A program made the translations under genes and the position numbers. This document shows, in pieces, positions 22,187 to 32,011 of a DNA stretch of 64,000 nt. Source of the DNA: an uncultured Gammaproteobacteria bacterium (GTDB lineage Bacteria; Pseudomonadota; Gammaproteobacteria; Steroidobacterales; Rariloculaceae); NCBI GenBank assembly GCA_964503125.1, contig CAZCZE010000020.1, positions 159,979 through 223,978 of the forward strand, given 5' to 3'. The notes under the pieces are model-generated. The model saw only the letters and a program-made list of their open reading frames with translations. It ran no database searches and was not told the DNA's origin. Within the stretch, counting starts at the first letter, position 1. Every line of letters starts with the position of its first letter.

Positions 22187-25100
22187 ATGAGTGTGCAGAA
22201 CGCTTTCGTCACGCGCGGTGTATGGAGTCCGCTTGCCGCCGCTATCGGCTCGTTACTGTTCGTCGGCGACGGCGCGGCGCAGGCGCCGGCGCAGGCCGAA
22301 CAATCGGTCGAGGAGATCACGGTCACGGGCACGCGCATTCGCCGCACCGACGGTATGGCTGAGCCCGTGCCCATCACGACGCTGACGACCGAGGAGCTAC
22401 AGCTGTTCGAGCCCGGCAGCACCGTGGCCGAGCAGCTCGATGCCCTGCCGCAGTTTTTTTTGACGGGAACGGCTCAACGCGGCGGCCCGGCGTTGTTCGG
22501 CGCGGGCGGCGGCAGCTACTTGAATATGCGCGGTCTCGGCCCGGAGCGGACGCTCGTGCTGTTCGACGGCTTCCGCATGCCGCCCGCCGACAAGCGCGGC
22601 TCCGTCAACGTCGACACCGTCCCGATGGCGCTCGTGCGCTCCGTCGACGTGGTCACGGGCGGCGCCTCGGCCGCGTACGGCGCGGATGCGATCGGCGGCG
22701 TCACGAATTTCATTCTCGACCGGGAATTCGAAGGCCTCAAGTTTACGGCCGGCACCGGCATGAACGAGTTCAACAGCGAGGGCAAGAACTGGAACGTCTC
22801 GGTCGCCGGCGGCACGCGCATCGGCGAGCGGCTCAACATCCTCGGCTCGTTCGAGGCGCGGCACGTCGATCAGATCTGGCGCAACCCGCTCGATCTCGAT
22901 ACGAGCTGGTTTCAGCGCTGGGGTCACGTCACGAACCCGGCCTGGAGCGCGAGCCAACCTCGAGGCACCGTCCCTCAGCGCTTGACCGTGCCCTGGGTGG
23001 CGCCCGCCGGCCTCCACGTCAACGGCAAGATCGGCGGCGTGCCGGCGACGAGCGGGCTCGCGAACATGAAATTCAACGACAACGGCACCGCCCTCGTGCC
23101 GTTCGACCGCGGCACGCTCTCCGACGCCTCGTGGATCTCGGGCGGCGCCGACGCAATGACTGCGCATCAGACGCTCGGAGGCGGCCCGAGCGGCTCGGAA
23201 GTCGTGCAGAACACGGCCTTCTTGAGCTTGACGTACGACGTGTCCGATTCGCTCGACGTGTTCTTCGACGCGCTGCTCGGCCATGTCGAGTCGAACAGCC
23301 AGCAGTTCATCACGGGCGCCACGATGTCGGGGCCATGGTCGGCCACCGTGTTTCGCGACAACGCCTACCTGCCTGAGAGCGTCCGCCAGGTCATGGTGGC
23401 CGAGAACCGGCAGAGCTTTCTGATCGCCAAAGGCGCGAGCTACCCCGGCGAGCTCGACATCTACAACACGAGCGAATCGCGCAACGAGTTCGATTCGAAT
23501 TTGTTCCGCTTCGGCTTCGACTGGGCCATCAATGACAAATGGGACATGCGCGTGGCCGTGCAGACCGGCGAGACGGAAAAAATGACGGGCGTCTTCGATG
23601 GATTGCGCGTCGATCGTGTGGCGCTCGCCATGGATGCCGTCGAGGTCTACTCCGACCGCCGCGACACGGACGGCGATGGTCTCCCGGACCTCGTCGCCGC
23701 CACCGACCGGGGCACGGGCACGATCATCTGCAACGTGCAGCGCTATAACCCGACGCCGGCGCAGCTCGCGGCGACCCCGCTGCTCCAGGGTAGGGTCAAC
23801 TCGCGAGACGGCACACCGCTCGCCTCACCGATCGGGCTCGACAACTCCGTGCAGGACTGCGTGCCGCTCAACATCATGGGCCACGGCAACATCACGCCCG
23901 CGGCCGCCGATTACGTCCTGACGCCGAAGTGGGGCGTCGGCGTAGTCGAGCAGGACTTCGCGGAGCTGCTCGTGCGCGGCGAGGTCTCCGACGGCTGGGG
24001 TGCGGGGCCGCTGTCGCTCGCGACCGGCTTCACCTACCGCGACCAGTCTTTCAACGACGGCGCTTTCCCCGAGGACGTCGACGCCCTCGGTCCGCCCGTC
24101 AATGCGCCCGAGCTCGGCATTCGCGGCATTGCCACGACGTGGCAGGGCGGCAGCCCGAACCTGCACCAGTTCTCGACGGTCTCGCTGATCTCCGGCGGCT
24201 ACGACGTCTGGGAAGGGTTCGGCGAGTTCAACATGCCGATCTGGAAATCCTCCTCGGGCAACCAGTTTCTCGGCAGCAGCTTCGCGTACCGTTCGTCCGA
24301 CTACTCGAGCGTCGGCCGCGTCGAAAGCTGGAAGGTCGGTGTCGACTTTCAGCTGTTTCGCGATCTGCGCCTGCGTGCGACGGACTCGCGCGACGTTCGC
24401 GAGGCGACGTTCAGCGAGCGGTACGACCAGTCGCCGGGCGGCGGAAGCGTGTTCGATCCGGCCAGGAACCAAGCGCAATCGACCATTACGCTGACGACCG
24501 CCGGCAATCCCAACCTCGCTCCGGAGGTCGCTGACACGACGGTCGTCGGCCTCGTCTATCAGCCGAGCTGGGCGCCCAACCTGCGCATGTCCATCGACAA
24601 ATACGACGTGGACATTTCCGACTCGATCGCGACTCTTGGCGCACAACGCGTGGTGGAAGAGTGTTTCTTCAATAGCGTGCTCTGCGAGTACGTGTTCCGA
24701 GACAGCAACGGCGTGCTGAGCCGCGTATTGAGCCCGTATCTCAATCTCGATCTGGCGCGGGCGCGTGGCCTGGATCTCGAGATCTCGTATCTCAAAGACG
24801 TGGACTTCCTCGCTAGTCAGGATGAGTCGTTGTCGATCCGAATGTTCGCCGGTAAGCTCGAGGAGCGGACTAGCACGGTCGTCGGCGGCACGCCGGCCGA
24901 GTTCGCCGGCTCGCGCGGCTATCCCGATGTCACGGCCAACGTCACTCTGTCCTATCGTGCCGGGCGCTGGTCGGCGCAGCTGCAAGAGCGCTTCATCGAC
25001 GAGGTGCTGCTGAACCGGACCTGGGTCGAGGGTATCGACGTCGACGACAACACCATCCCGTCGCGCGCCTGGACGAATCTCGTCCTCGGCTACGAGGGCG

Positions 25101-25273
25101 AAACCGATGGGGCCGGCGGCTGGCGGGTCACCCTCAGCGTGCAAAACCTGTTCGACAAGGATCCGCCGATCATCCCCTCGGCCGGCGACACGCGCTTCGG
25201 TGCGCAGGCGACCGATACCACGTACGATGAGTGGGGCCGACGCTATCAGCTCGGTTTCAACATGGAGTTCTAA
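22187..25273 (+). CDS. TonB-dependent outer-membrane receptor
   Basis: 1028 aa with a signal peptide, a plug domain (EEITVTGTRIRR, GGASAAYGADAIGGVTNFI) and a beta-barrel ending in the terminal aromatic ..GFNMEF. Confidence 0.9.
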   Translation: MSVQNAFVTRGVWSPLAAAIGSLLFVGDGAAQAPAQAEQSVEEITVTGTRIRRTDGMAEPVPITTLTTEELQLFEPGSTVAEQLDALPQFFLTGTAQRGGPALFGAGGGSYLNMRGLGPERTLVLFDGFRMPPADKRGSVNVDTVPMALVRSVDVVTGGASAAYGADAIGGVTNFILDREFEGLKFTAGTGMNEFNSEGKNWNVSVAGGTRIGERLNILGSFEARHVDQIWRNPLDLDTSWFQRWGHVTNPAWSASQPRGTVPQRLTVPWVAPAGLHVNGKIGGVPATSGLANMKFNDNGTALVPFDRGTLSDASWISGGADAMTAHQTLGGGPSGSEVVQNTAFLSLTYDVSDSLDVFFDALLGHVESNSQQFITGATMSGPWSATVFRDNAYLPESVRQVMVAENRQSFLIAKGASYPGELDIYNTSESRNEFDSNLFRFGFDWAINDKWDMRVAVQTGETEKMTGVFDGLRVDRVALAMDAVEVYSDRRDTDGDGLPDLVAATDRGTGTIICNVQRYNPTPAQLAATPLLQGRVNSRDGTPLASPIGLDNSVQDCVPLNIMGHGNITPAAADYVLTPKWGVGVVEQDFAELLVRGEVSDGWGAGPLSLATGFTYRDQSFNDGAFPEDVDALGPPVNAPELGIRGIATTWQGGSPNLHQFSTVSLISGGYDVWEGFGEFNMPIWKSSSGNQFLGSSFAYRSSDYSSVGRVESWKVGVDFQLFRDLRLRATDSRDVREATFSERYDQSPGGGSVFDPARNQAQSTITLTTAGNPNLAPEVADTTVVGLVYQPSWAPNLRMSIDKYDVDISDSIATLGAQRVVEECFFNSVLCEYVFRDSNGVLSRVLSPYLNLDLARARGLDLEISYLKDVDFLASQDESLSIRMFAGKLEERTSTVVGGTPAEFAGSRGYPDVTANVTLSYRAGRWSAQLQERFIDEVLLNRTWVEGIDVDDNTIPSRAWTNLVLGYEGETDGAGGWRVTLSVQNLFDKDPPIIPSAGDTRFGAQATDTTYDEWGRRYQLGFNMEF

Positions 25274-25279
25274 CGAGTC

Positions 25280-27580
25280 ATGCGGCCGCCCCCCAGTCTC
25301 ATCGTCGCAGTGGGACTGCTGGCGGCCGCGCTCGTCGCGCTCGTCGTGATCCTCGAGCGCCGCGCCGCGCGCTCCGAGCCGCGCGCCGTGCTCGAGCGCT
25401 ATTGCGTCGGCTGCCACGACTCGGCCGAGCGCGCGGGCGGCCTCGCGCTCGACCGCCTGCCGCTCGACGGCGTCCATGCCGACGCCGAGACCTGGGAGCA
25501 CGTCGTGCGCAAGGTGCGCACGGGGTTCATGCCGCCGGCCGGCGAGCCACGCCCTGAGCGCGCCGTGCTCGACGGCTTCGCCGCGGCGCTCGAACGGCGC
25601 CTCGATGCCGCCGCGCGCGCGACGCCGAACCCGGGCTTCAAGGGCGTGGCGCGGCTCAACCGCGCCGAGTACGCGAACGCGATCCGCGACCTGCTGGGCT
25701 ACGACGCGCGCGCGCTGGTCGCGACGCTGCCGGCCGACGACGCGATCCAGGGCTTCGACAACGTCGCGGCGGCGCTGACCGTTTCGCCCACACTCATCGA
25801 GAGCTACGTGACGGCCGCGCTCAAGATCAGCCGCGGCGCCATCGGCGATCGCTCGCAGGGCCCGGCACAAGTGGTCTACGACGCGCCCGGCGGCTCGCAG
25901 GCGAGCCACGTCGACGGGCTGCCGCTCGGCACGCGCGGAGGTTTCAAGCTGACGCACGATTTTCCGCTCGATGCGACCTACGAGCTGCGCGTGCGCGCCC
26001 GCGGGCCTGGGGCACTCGCGGGCCAGCGTTTCTGCCCGCCGCCGCGCATCGACGTGACGCTCGACGGCGTACCGCTCGAGATCCCCGACGTGAGCGCATT
26101 CGAGCTTCGCGTGACCGCCGGGCCGCACACGCTGACCGCTGCGCTGCTCGACGAGCGCCGCTGCGAAGGCGTCAACGAGCTCTACGGCGTATTCGCGCCC
26201 GGCGGCGGCATCCAGAGCGTCGAGATCCACGGGCCGTTCGAAACGACCGGAAGGGGCGACACCCCAAGCCGGCGGGCCATCTTCAGCTGTTACCCTCCAA
26301 CCAGCGGCGAAGATCTTCCGTGCGCGCGCGAGATACTGACGCGGCTCGCGACACGCGCGTATCGGCGGCCCGTGGACCTTGGCGATGCGGCCCTCGACAC
26401 GTTGCTGCGCTTCTACGAGCAAGGCCGGCAAAGCGGCGACTTCGACACCGGCATCGAGCAGGCGCTCGCGCGGTTGCTCGTCGATCCGAGCTTCCTCTAC
26501 CGCTTCGAGGCCGAGCCCGAGAACGTCGCGCCGGACGCGAGCTACCGCGTCAGCGATCTCGAGCTCGCGTCGCGGCTGTCGTTCTTCCTGTGGAGCAGCA
26601 TCCCCGACGACGAGCTGCTCGCCACGGCGGCTGCAGGCAGCCTCCACGAGCCCGCCGCGCTCGAGCGGCAGGTGCGGCGCATGCTCGCCGATCCGCGCGC
26701 CGGCGCGCTCGTCGCGAACTTCGCGGGCCAGTGGCTCAAGCTTCGTGAGCTCGACGACGCGTTGCCGCAAGACGCAGGATTCGACGCCCAGTTGCGCAGC
26801 GCATTCCGGCGCGAGACCGAGCTCCTGTTCGAGCACGTCATGCGCGAGGACTCGAGCGTGCTCGAGCTGCTCACGGCGCGTTACACGTTCCTCGACGAGC
26901 GCCTCGCGCGCCACTACGGCATCGACGGCGTGCGCGGCAGCTATTTTCGCCGCGTCGAGCTCCCCGAGGATAGCCCGCGCGGCGGGCTCCTGGGCTTGGG
27001 CAGCATCCTGACGGCAACGTCGGCGGCGAATCGCACGTCCCCCGTGGTGCGCGGCGCCTGGATCGTCGAAAACCTTCTCGGAGCCGAGGTGCCGCCGCCG
27101 CCGCCGGGCGTCGAAGCCGACCTCTCGGGCGCGAGCTCGCCGGTCGACGCGAAGACGCTGCGCCAGCGCATGGAGGCACACCGCACCGATCCCGTCTGCG
27201 CCGCGTGCCATCGGCTCATCGACCCGTTCGGCTTCGCGCTCGAGAACTTCGATCTCGTCGGTCGGTGGCGCTCGACCGAGGCCGGCGAGCCGATCGACGC
27301 CACTGCGCTGCTCGTCGACGGCACACCCATCGACGGTCCGGCGGCGCTGCGCGCCGCGCTGCTCGAGCGCTCGGACGCCTTCGTCACGGCGTTCACCGAA
27401 AAGCTCATGACCTACGCGCTCGGCCGCATTCTCGAGGCGTACGATAGGCCGGCCGTGCGCGGCATCGTCGCCGACGCGGATGGCGCGGACCATCGGTTCT
27501 CGAGCTTGGTGGTCGGCATCGCCAACAGCGCGCCGTTTCGAATGCGGACCCAGCGCCCGGCAGACACGGAGGAACGATGA
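25280..27580 (+). CDS. DUF1592/DUF1588-type multidomain protein with CxxCH motifs (PSD1-like 'planctomycete cytochrome c' architecture)
   Basis: 766 aa with an N-terminal TM/signal then YCVGCHD, and a later DPVCAACHRLIDPFGFALENFD. This architecture is usually paired with DUF1552. Confidence 0.8.
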   Translation: MRPPPSLIVAVGLLAAALVALVVILERRAARSEPRAVLERYCVGCHDSAERAGGLALDRLPLDGVHADAETWEHVVRKVRTGFMPPAGEPRPERAVLDGFAAALERRLDAAARATPNPGFKGVARLNRAEYANAIRDLLGYDARALVATLPADDAIQGFDNVAAALTVSPTLIESYVTAALKISRGAIGDRSQGPAQVVYDAPGGSQASHVDGLPLGTRGGFKLTHDFPLDATYELRVRARGPGALAGQRFCPPPRIDVTLDGVPLEIPDVSAFELRVTAGPHTLTAALLDERRCEGVNELYGVFAPGGGIQSVEIHGPFETTGRGDTPSRRAIFSCYPPTSGEDLPCAREILTRLATRAYRRPVDLGDAALDTLLRFYEQGRQSGDFDTGIEQALARLLVDPSFLYRFEAEPENVAPDASYRVSDLELASRLSFFLWSSIPDDELLATAAAGSLHEPAALERQVRRMLADPRAGALVANFAGQWLKLRELDDALPQDAGFDAQLRSAFRRETELLFEHVMREDSSVLELLTARYTFLDERLARHYGIDGVRGSYFRRVELPEDSPRGGLLGLGSILTATSAANRTSPVVRGAWIVENLLGAEVPPPPPGVEADLSGASSPVDAKTLRQRMEAHRTDPVCAACHRLIDPFGFALENFDLVGRWRSTEAGEPIDATALLVDGTPIDGPAALRAALLERSDAFVTAFTEKLMTYALGRILEAYDRPAVRGIVADADGADHRFSSLVVGIANSAPFRMRTQRPADTEER

Positions 27581-28488
27581 GCCACGACCCGTACTCCCTA
27601 CGAACGTCGCGCCGTGCCGTGCTCGCCGCGAGCGCGGGCCTCGCGGTCGCCGCGCGCTTCGCCGCGCCGCGCCGGGCGGCCGCGCAACCGCAGAGCGGTG
27701 CGCCGCAGGCGGAGCCCACCGCGGCGCAGATCGCCGCCGCGTTGCCGCTCGACACGCTCGGACTCGAGCACATCGGCACAGTCGTGCCCGACGTCACGCG
27801 CGCCGCGCGCTTCTACTCGAACGTGTTCAACCCGCCGCTCTACAAGGAGCGCGACGAGCCGCTGCGCTATTACGTGACGCTCGACCCGGGCTACATCGCG
27901 CTCGGCAGCCGCGCCAACGAGCCGCGGGCGTTCATCGACCACGACTGCGCGCTGCTCCGTAGTTACGACCGCGCCGCCATGGCGCGGCGGCTCGAAGCCG
28001 ACGGCTTGCCGGCGGGGCGCTTCGGCATCATCCCTGACTTAGACGGCCTCGGGCTCCAGTTGCTCGCCGTGCCCGGCGGGCTCGCGGGCACGACGGTAGC
28101 GGCGGGCCGGCTCGTGGAGAGCGAGCCGCTCGTGCGGCCGCGCGGGCTCGCCTACGTCGTGCGCTACGTGGCCGACCTCGAGAGCTCGGCGGCCTTCTAC
28201 CGCCGCTTCTTCGGCCCCGAGACGAGCGAGGAGGGCGGCGGCCTCGCATTCCGCGCCGCGCACACGCTTTGGATCCTGCGCCCGGCGCCGGCCGGCGAAG
28301 CCGCGCGCATCGACCGCTTCGGCGTCAACGTCGCGCGCTTCGACGCCGCGGCCGTCGCGCGCGGCCTCGAGGCGCTCGGCGCGCGCGTCGTCTCGGCCGC
28401 ACCCGAGCGGCTGCACTTCCGCTGCCCGGACGGGCTCGGCGTCGAGCTCAACCCTGTCGACCCTGCGCGCATCTGGGGGCTCGCGTGA
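27577..28488 (+). CDS. Tat-signal VOC (glyoxalase/dioxygenase-fold) protein, two-domain
   Basis: 303 aa with SRRAVLAASAGLAVA at the N-terminus and LGLEHIGTVVPDVTRAARFY (VOC beta-alpha-beta-beta-beta start). A second repeat starts at GLAYVVRYVADLESSAAFY. It overlaps its neighbours by 4 nt on both sides. Confidence 0.65.
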   Translation: MSHDPYSLRTSRRAVLAASAGLAVAARFAAPRRAAAQPQSGAPQAEPTAAQIAAALPLDTLGLEHIGTVVPDVTRAARFYSNVFNPPLYKERDEPLRYYVTLDPGYIALGSRANEPRAFIDHDCALLRSYDRAAMARRLEADGLPAGRFGIIPDLDGLGLQLLAVPGGLAGTTVAAGRLVESEPLVRPRGLAYVVRYVADLESSAAFYRRFFGPETSEEGGGLAFRAAHTLWILRPAPAGEAARIDRFGVNVARFDAAAVARGLEALGARVVSAAPERLHFRCPDGLGVELNPVDPARIWGLA

Positions 28489-29813
28489 GCGCGCCGTTCC
28501 TGACGCGCCGGCCTCTGTCGCGGCGCAGCGTGCTGCGCGGCGCCGGCGCGACGATCGCGCTGCCGTTCTTGAGCGCGATGCTACCGGCCGGCGAGGCACG
28601 AGCCGCGACGCCGCGCTCGCGCTTCGCCTGCGTCTACATTCCGCACGGCGCCGTCATGCGCCAGTGGACGCCGGCGGGCGAGGGCACAGGCTTCGCGTTC
28701 CCGCCGATCCTGCGCTCGCTCGAGCCGTTCCGCGAGCGACTCAACGTCGTGAGCGACTTGACGTTGCCGCTCGCCTACGGAGAGGACGCCTCGGCGGGCG
28801 CCAACCACACGCGCTCGTCGGCCGTCTGGATCACGTGCGCGCTTCCTAAGGCGGGCGCTACGCCGCACCTCGGCACGTCGGCCGATCAGGTTGCGGCGCA
28901 AGCCTTCGGCCAGGACACGCCGCTGCCCTCGCTCGAGCTCTCGCTCGAGGAAGGCGGCTTGAGCGGCGGCTCGGGCCTGTCGGGCGCCTACCGCAACACG
29001 ATCGCGTGGCGCACACCGACGGCGCCGCTGCCGATGGAGGTGAACCCGCAGGTCGTCTTCGAGCGGCTGTTCGGCGACGGCGCGACGGCCGAGCAGCGCG
29101 CGCAACGGCGCGCCCAAGCCGCGAGCCTGCTCGACTCGGTGCTTGCGGACGCGGTCGCGCTCGGGCGCACGCTGCCCGGCGACGACCGTGCGCGGCTCGA
29201 GCGGCATCTCGAGGACGTCCGCGAGGTCGAAAGGCGCATCGAGCTCGCGGGCGCCAAAGTCGGCGCCGACCTCGACGTGCCGGCGCGGCCCGCCGGCGTG
29301 CCCGACGACTTCGAGCAGCACGCGCGTCTCATGTTCGATCTGCTCGCGCTCGCCTGGGCGGCGGACCTCACGCGCGTCGGCACGCTCATGATCGCCAAGG
29401 AAGTCAGCAACGCCGTCTACGCCGCGAGCGGCATCAACGACCCGTTCCACAATCTCTCGCACCACTCCGAGGTGCCTTCGAACATCGAGCGCTACGGGCG
29501 CTTGAACGCCTATCACACGACCACGACGCTCGCCTATTTCTTGGGCAAGCTCCGCGACACGCCCGATGGCGACGGCAACCTGCTCGATCACTCGCTCGTG
29601 CTCTACGGCAGCGGCATGAGCAACTCGAACCAGCACGATCACGAGCCGCTGCCGACGATCGTGGCGGGCGGCGCTTCGGGCGCGCTCGCCGGCGGCCGGC
29701 ACATTCGTGCGGGCGCCGGCACGCCGCTGGCGAATCTGCTCGTCGCCCTGCTGCAAAAGCTCGGCGTGCCCGCCGAGTCGTTCGGCGATAGCACGGGGGT
29801 CGTGACGCTATGA
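28485..29813 (+). CDS. DUF1552-family protein with Tat signal (copy B)
   Basis: GTG at 28485 (VSAPFLTRRPLSRRSVLRGAGATIALPFLSAM) within track ORF 28269..29813. It is collinear with copy A along its whole length. Confidence 0.85.
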   Translation: MSAPFLTRRPLSRRSVLRGAGATIALPFLSAMLPAGEARAATPRSRFACVYIPHGAVMRQWTPAGEGTGFAFPPILRSLEPFRERLNVVSDLTLPLAYGEDASAGANHTRSSAVWITCALPKAGATPHLGTSADQVAAQAFGQDTPLPSLELSLEEGGLSGGSGLSGAYRNTIAWRTPTAPLPMEVNPQVVFERLFGDGATAEQRAQRRAQAASLLDSVLADAVALGRTLPGDDRARLERHLEDVREVERRIELAGAKVGADLDVPARPAGVPDDFEQHARLMFDLLALAWAADLTRVGTLMIAKEVSNAVYAASGINDPFHNLSHHSEVPSNIERYGRLNAYHTTTTLAYFLGKLRDTPDGDGNLLDHSLVLYGSGMSNSNQHDHEPLPTIVAGGASGALAGGRHIRAGAGTPLANLLVALLQKLGVPAESFGDSTGVVTL

Positions 29814-31381
29814 GGGCCGTCTGGTCCGCAGCCGCGCTGCTCGCGCTGCCGCTCGCCGCGGCAGCCGAAGCCGACCACGCGACGCTCGCCGATGCCGCGA
29901 TGAATCGCGACGGTGCCGCCGTCCGCGCGCTGCTCGCGCAAGGGGCCGATGCGAACGCGCTCGGCACGTTCGGCACGCCGGCGCTGCACTGGCTCGTGCG
30001 TAGCGAGGACCGCGCGACGGCGGGCCTGCTGCTCGACGCGGGCGCCGATCCGAACCTCAAGAGCCGCCAGGGCGTCGCACCGCTGCATCTCGCGATCGCG
30101 AACCGCGATCGCGCCACCGTCGAGCTGCTGCTGAAGGCCGGCGCCGACGCGACGCTCGTCGACCAGGCCGGCGAGACGCCGCTCATGCTCGCGGCGCGCG
30201 CCGGGGATGCCGCGATCGCCGCGCGGCTCCTTGCCGTGGGCGCGCCCGTCGATGCGCGCGACGCCGAGTACCGGCAGACGGCGCTCATGCTCGCCGCGCG
30301 CGAAGGCCACGGCGACGTCGCGCGCCTGCTGCTCGACGCCGGCGCCGACGTGAACGCAGCGACGCGCGCGGGCGCCGAGCCCGAGTTCCGCCGCCCGAGC
30401 GAGAACGCGGGCTCGAAGGGCGTCGGCATCATCCGCGGCGGCTGGCCCGAGCGCGGCATGCGCCCGCCGGTGCCGGGCGCAAAGACGCCGCTCTCCTATG
30501 CCGCGCGGCGCGGCGACCTCGCCGTCACACGCCTCCTCGTGGAGGCCGGCGCCGCTCTCGAGCTTGCAGACGCGGACGGCGTGACGCCGCTCTTGAATGC
30601 GATCGTGAACGCGAGCATCGCGGTGGCGCGTGGCGCGCCCGGCGAGCACGCGCATCTCGCCGTCGCGCGCTATCTCATCGAGCGCGGCGCGAACGTCGAC
30701 GCGGAGGACTGGTACGGCGAAACGCCGCTCTGGGCCGCGGTCGACGTCCGTAATCTCGACGTCAACGGGCCCGAGCGCGACAACGGCATGGACCGAGCGG
30801 CCGCGCTCGATCTCATCATGGAGTTGCTCGCGCGCGGCGCCGACGTGAACGCGCGCCTCCGCGAATATCCGCCCGAGCGGCGCTTCATCGCGACGTTGGG
30901 CTCGCTTTCGTGGGTCGACTTCACGGGCCAGACGCCGTTCCTGCGCGCCGCGCTCGCGGGCGACGTCACCGTGATGCGGCTATTGCTCGAGCACGGCGCC
31001 GACCCGAACATCGCGACGTTCGCCGGCACGACGCCGCTGATGGCGGCCGCCGGCGTGAACTGGGCGGTCAATCAGACGTTCGACGAAGGGCCCGAGGCGT
31101 TGCTCGCCGCCGTCGAGCTCTGTCACGAGCTCGGCAACGACGTGAACGCGGCCAACTCCATGGGGATCGGCGCAATCCACGGGGCCGCCAATCGCGGCTC
31201 GAACGCCATCATCGAATATCTCGCGACGCACGGCGCGCGGCTCGACGTCGCCGATGCGCAGCGGCGGACACCGCTCGTTTGGGCGGAAGGCGTGTTCCTC
31301 GCCACGCATCCGCCGCAACGCAAGCCAGAGACGATCGCGCTGCTCGAGCGCCTGCTGCGCGAACCGAGTGGTAGTCCGTGA
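29810..31381 (+). CDS. Secreted ankyrin-repeat protein (copy B)
   Basis: 523 aa with a signal peptide and ANK repeats. It is collinear with copy A, including the non-ANK insert (..RRPSENAGSKGVGIIRGGWPERG..). Confidence 0.85.
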   Translation: MRAVWSAAALLALPLAAAAEADHATLADAAMNRDGAAVRALLAQGADANALGTFGTPALHWLVRSEDRATAGLLLDAGADPNLKSRQGVAPLHLAIANRDRATVELLLKAGADATLVDQAGETPLMLAARAGDAAIAARLLAVGAPVDARDAEYRQTALMLAAREGHGDVARLLLDAGADVNAATRAGAEPEFRRPSENAGSKGVGIIRGGWPERGMRPPVPGAKTPLSYAARRGDLAVTRLLVEAGAALELADADGVTPLLNAIVNASIAVARGAPGEHAHLAVARYLIERGANVDAEDWYGETPLWAAVDVRNLDVNGPERDNGMDRAAALDLIMELLARGADVNARLREYPPERRFIATLGSLSWVDFTGQTPFLRAALAGDVTVMRLLLEHGADPNIATFAGTTPLMAAAGVNWAVNQTFDEGPEALLAAVELCHELGNDVNAANSMGIGAIHGAANRGSNAIIEYLATHGARLDVADAQRRTPLVWAEGVFLATHPPQRKPETIALLERLLREPSGSP

Positions 31382-31974
31382 GACCGCGGCGCATCGTGCG
31401 TGCAGGCTTGCAAGCCCCTCGAGCTTCGACGAAGATCGCGGCCTTCCGCAGGGCAAGCCGATCGCGAGGAGCTGCACTGGCGACCGAATCGAAACGGCGG
31501 CGAACGACGCCGCGAGCGCCGGCCTTCGGCGTCGCGCTCGACGATCTCATGGGCTACAACTTGCGGCGCGCCCACGGAGTTCAGAAGCAACGCTTCGCCG
31601 CGGTATTCGGCCCCCTAGGCATTCGACCGGTGACCCTGTCGGTGCTCGGGACGATCTACGACAATCCGGGCATCACGCAGGCCGATCTGGGCAAGACGCT
31701 CAACATCAAACGCGCCAACATGGTGCCCGTGATGGCGGAGCTCGAAGCGCGCGGTTTGATCGCACGCGCTCCGAGTGCCAACGACCGGCGCGCTCACGTG
31801 GTCAAGCTGACGCCGGCCGGCACCAAGTTCACCGTCAAGGTGCTCGACTTGCACCGCCGTCTCGAGGACGACTTGTGGCAAGCTCTGGGTGTGCGCGAAC
31901 GGGACCAGTTGCTGCAGCTGCTCAAGAAGTTCCGCAGGCTCTCGCAGGAGCCGGACCTCGGCGATACCGACTGA
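31378..31974 (+). CDS. MarR-family transcriptional regulator
   Basis: It has a winged HTH, LSVLGTIYDNPGITQADLGKTLNIKRANMVPVMAELEARGLIAR..DRRAHVVKLTPAG. The start is uncertain: the GTG at 31378 overlaps the ankyrin stop, and internal Met codons are possible. Confidence 0.8.
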   Translation: MRPRRIVRAGLQAPRASTKIAAFRRASRSRGAALATESKRRRTTPRAPAFGVALDDLMGYNLRRAHGVQKQRFAAVFGPLGIRPVTLSVLGTIYDNPGITQADLGKTLNIKRANMVPVMAELEARGLIARAPSANDRRAHVVKLTPAGTKFTVKVLDLHRRLEDDLWQALGVRERDQLLQLLKKFRRLSQEPDLGDTD

Positions 31975-32011
31975 GCGAGTAGGTCGCGGCATCTAAGCGA
32001 TGCGGCCGCGG

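Noticed and set aside
23825-27493. 1222-aa minus-strand ORF, the longest in the track
   Set aside because: It is antisense to the recognisable TonB-dependent receptor and DUF1592-type genes. Its translation is Arg/Ala/Asp/Glu-rich low complexity with no motifs. This is a typical shadow ORF of high-G+C DNA.
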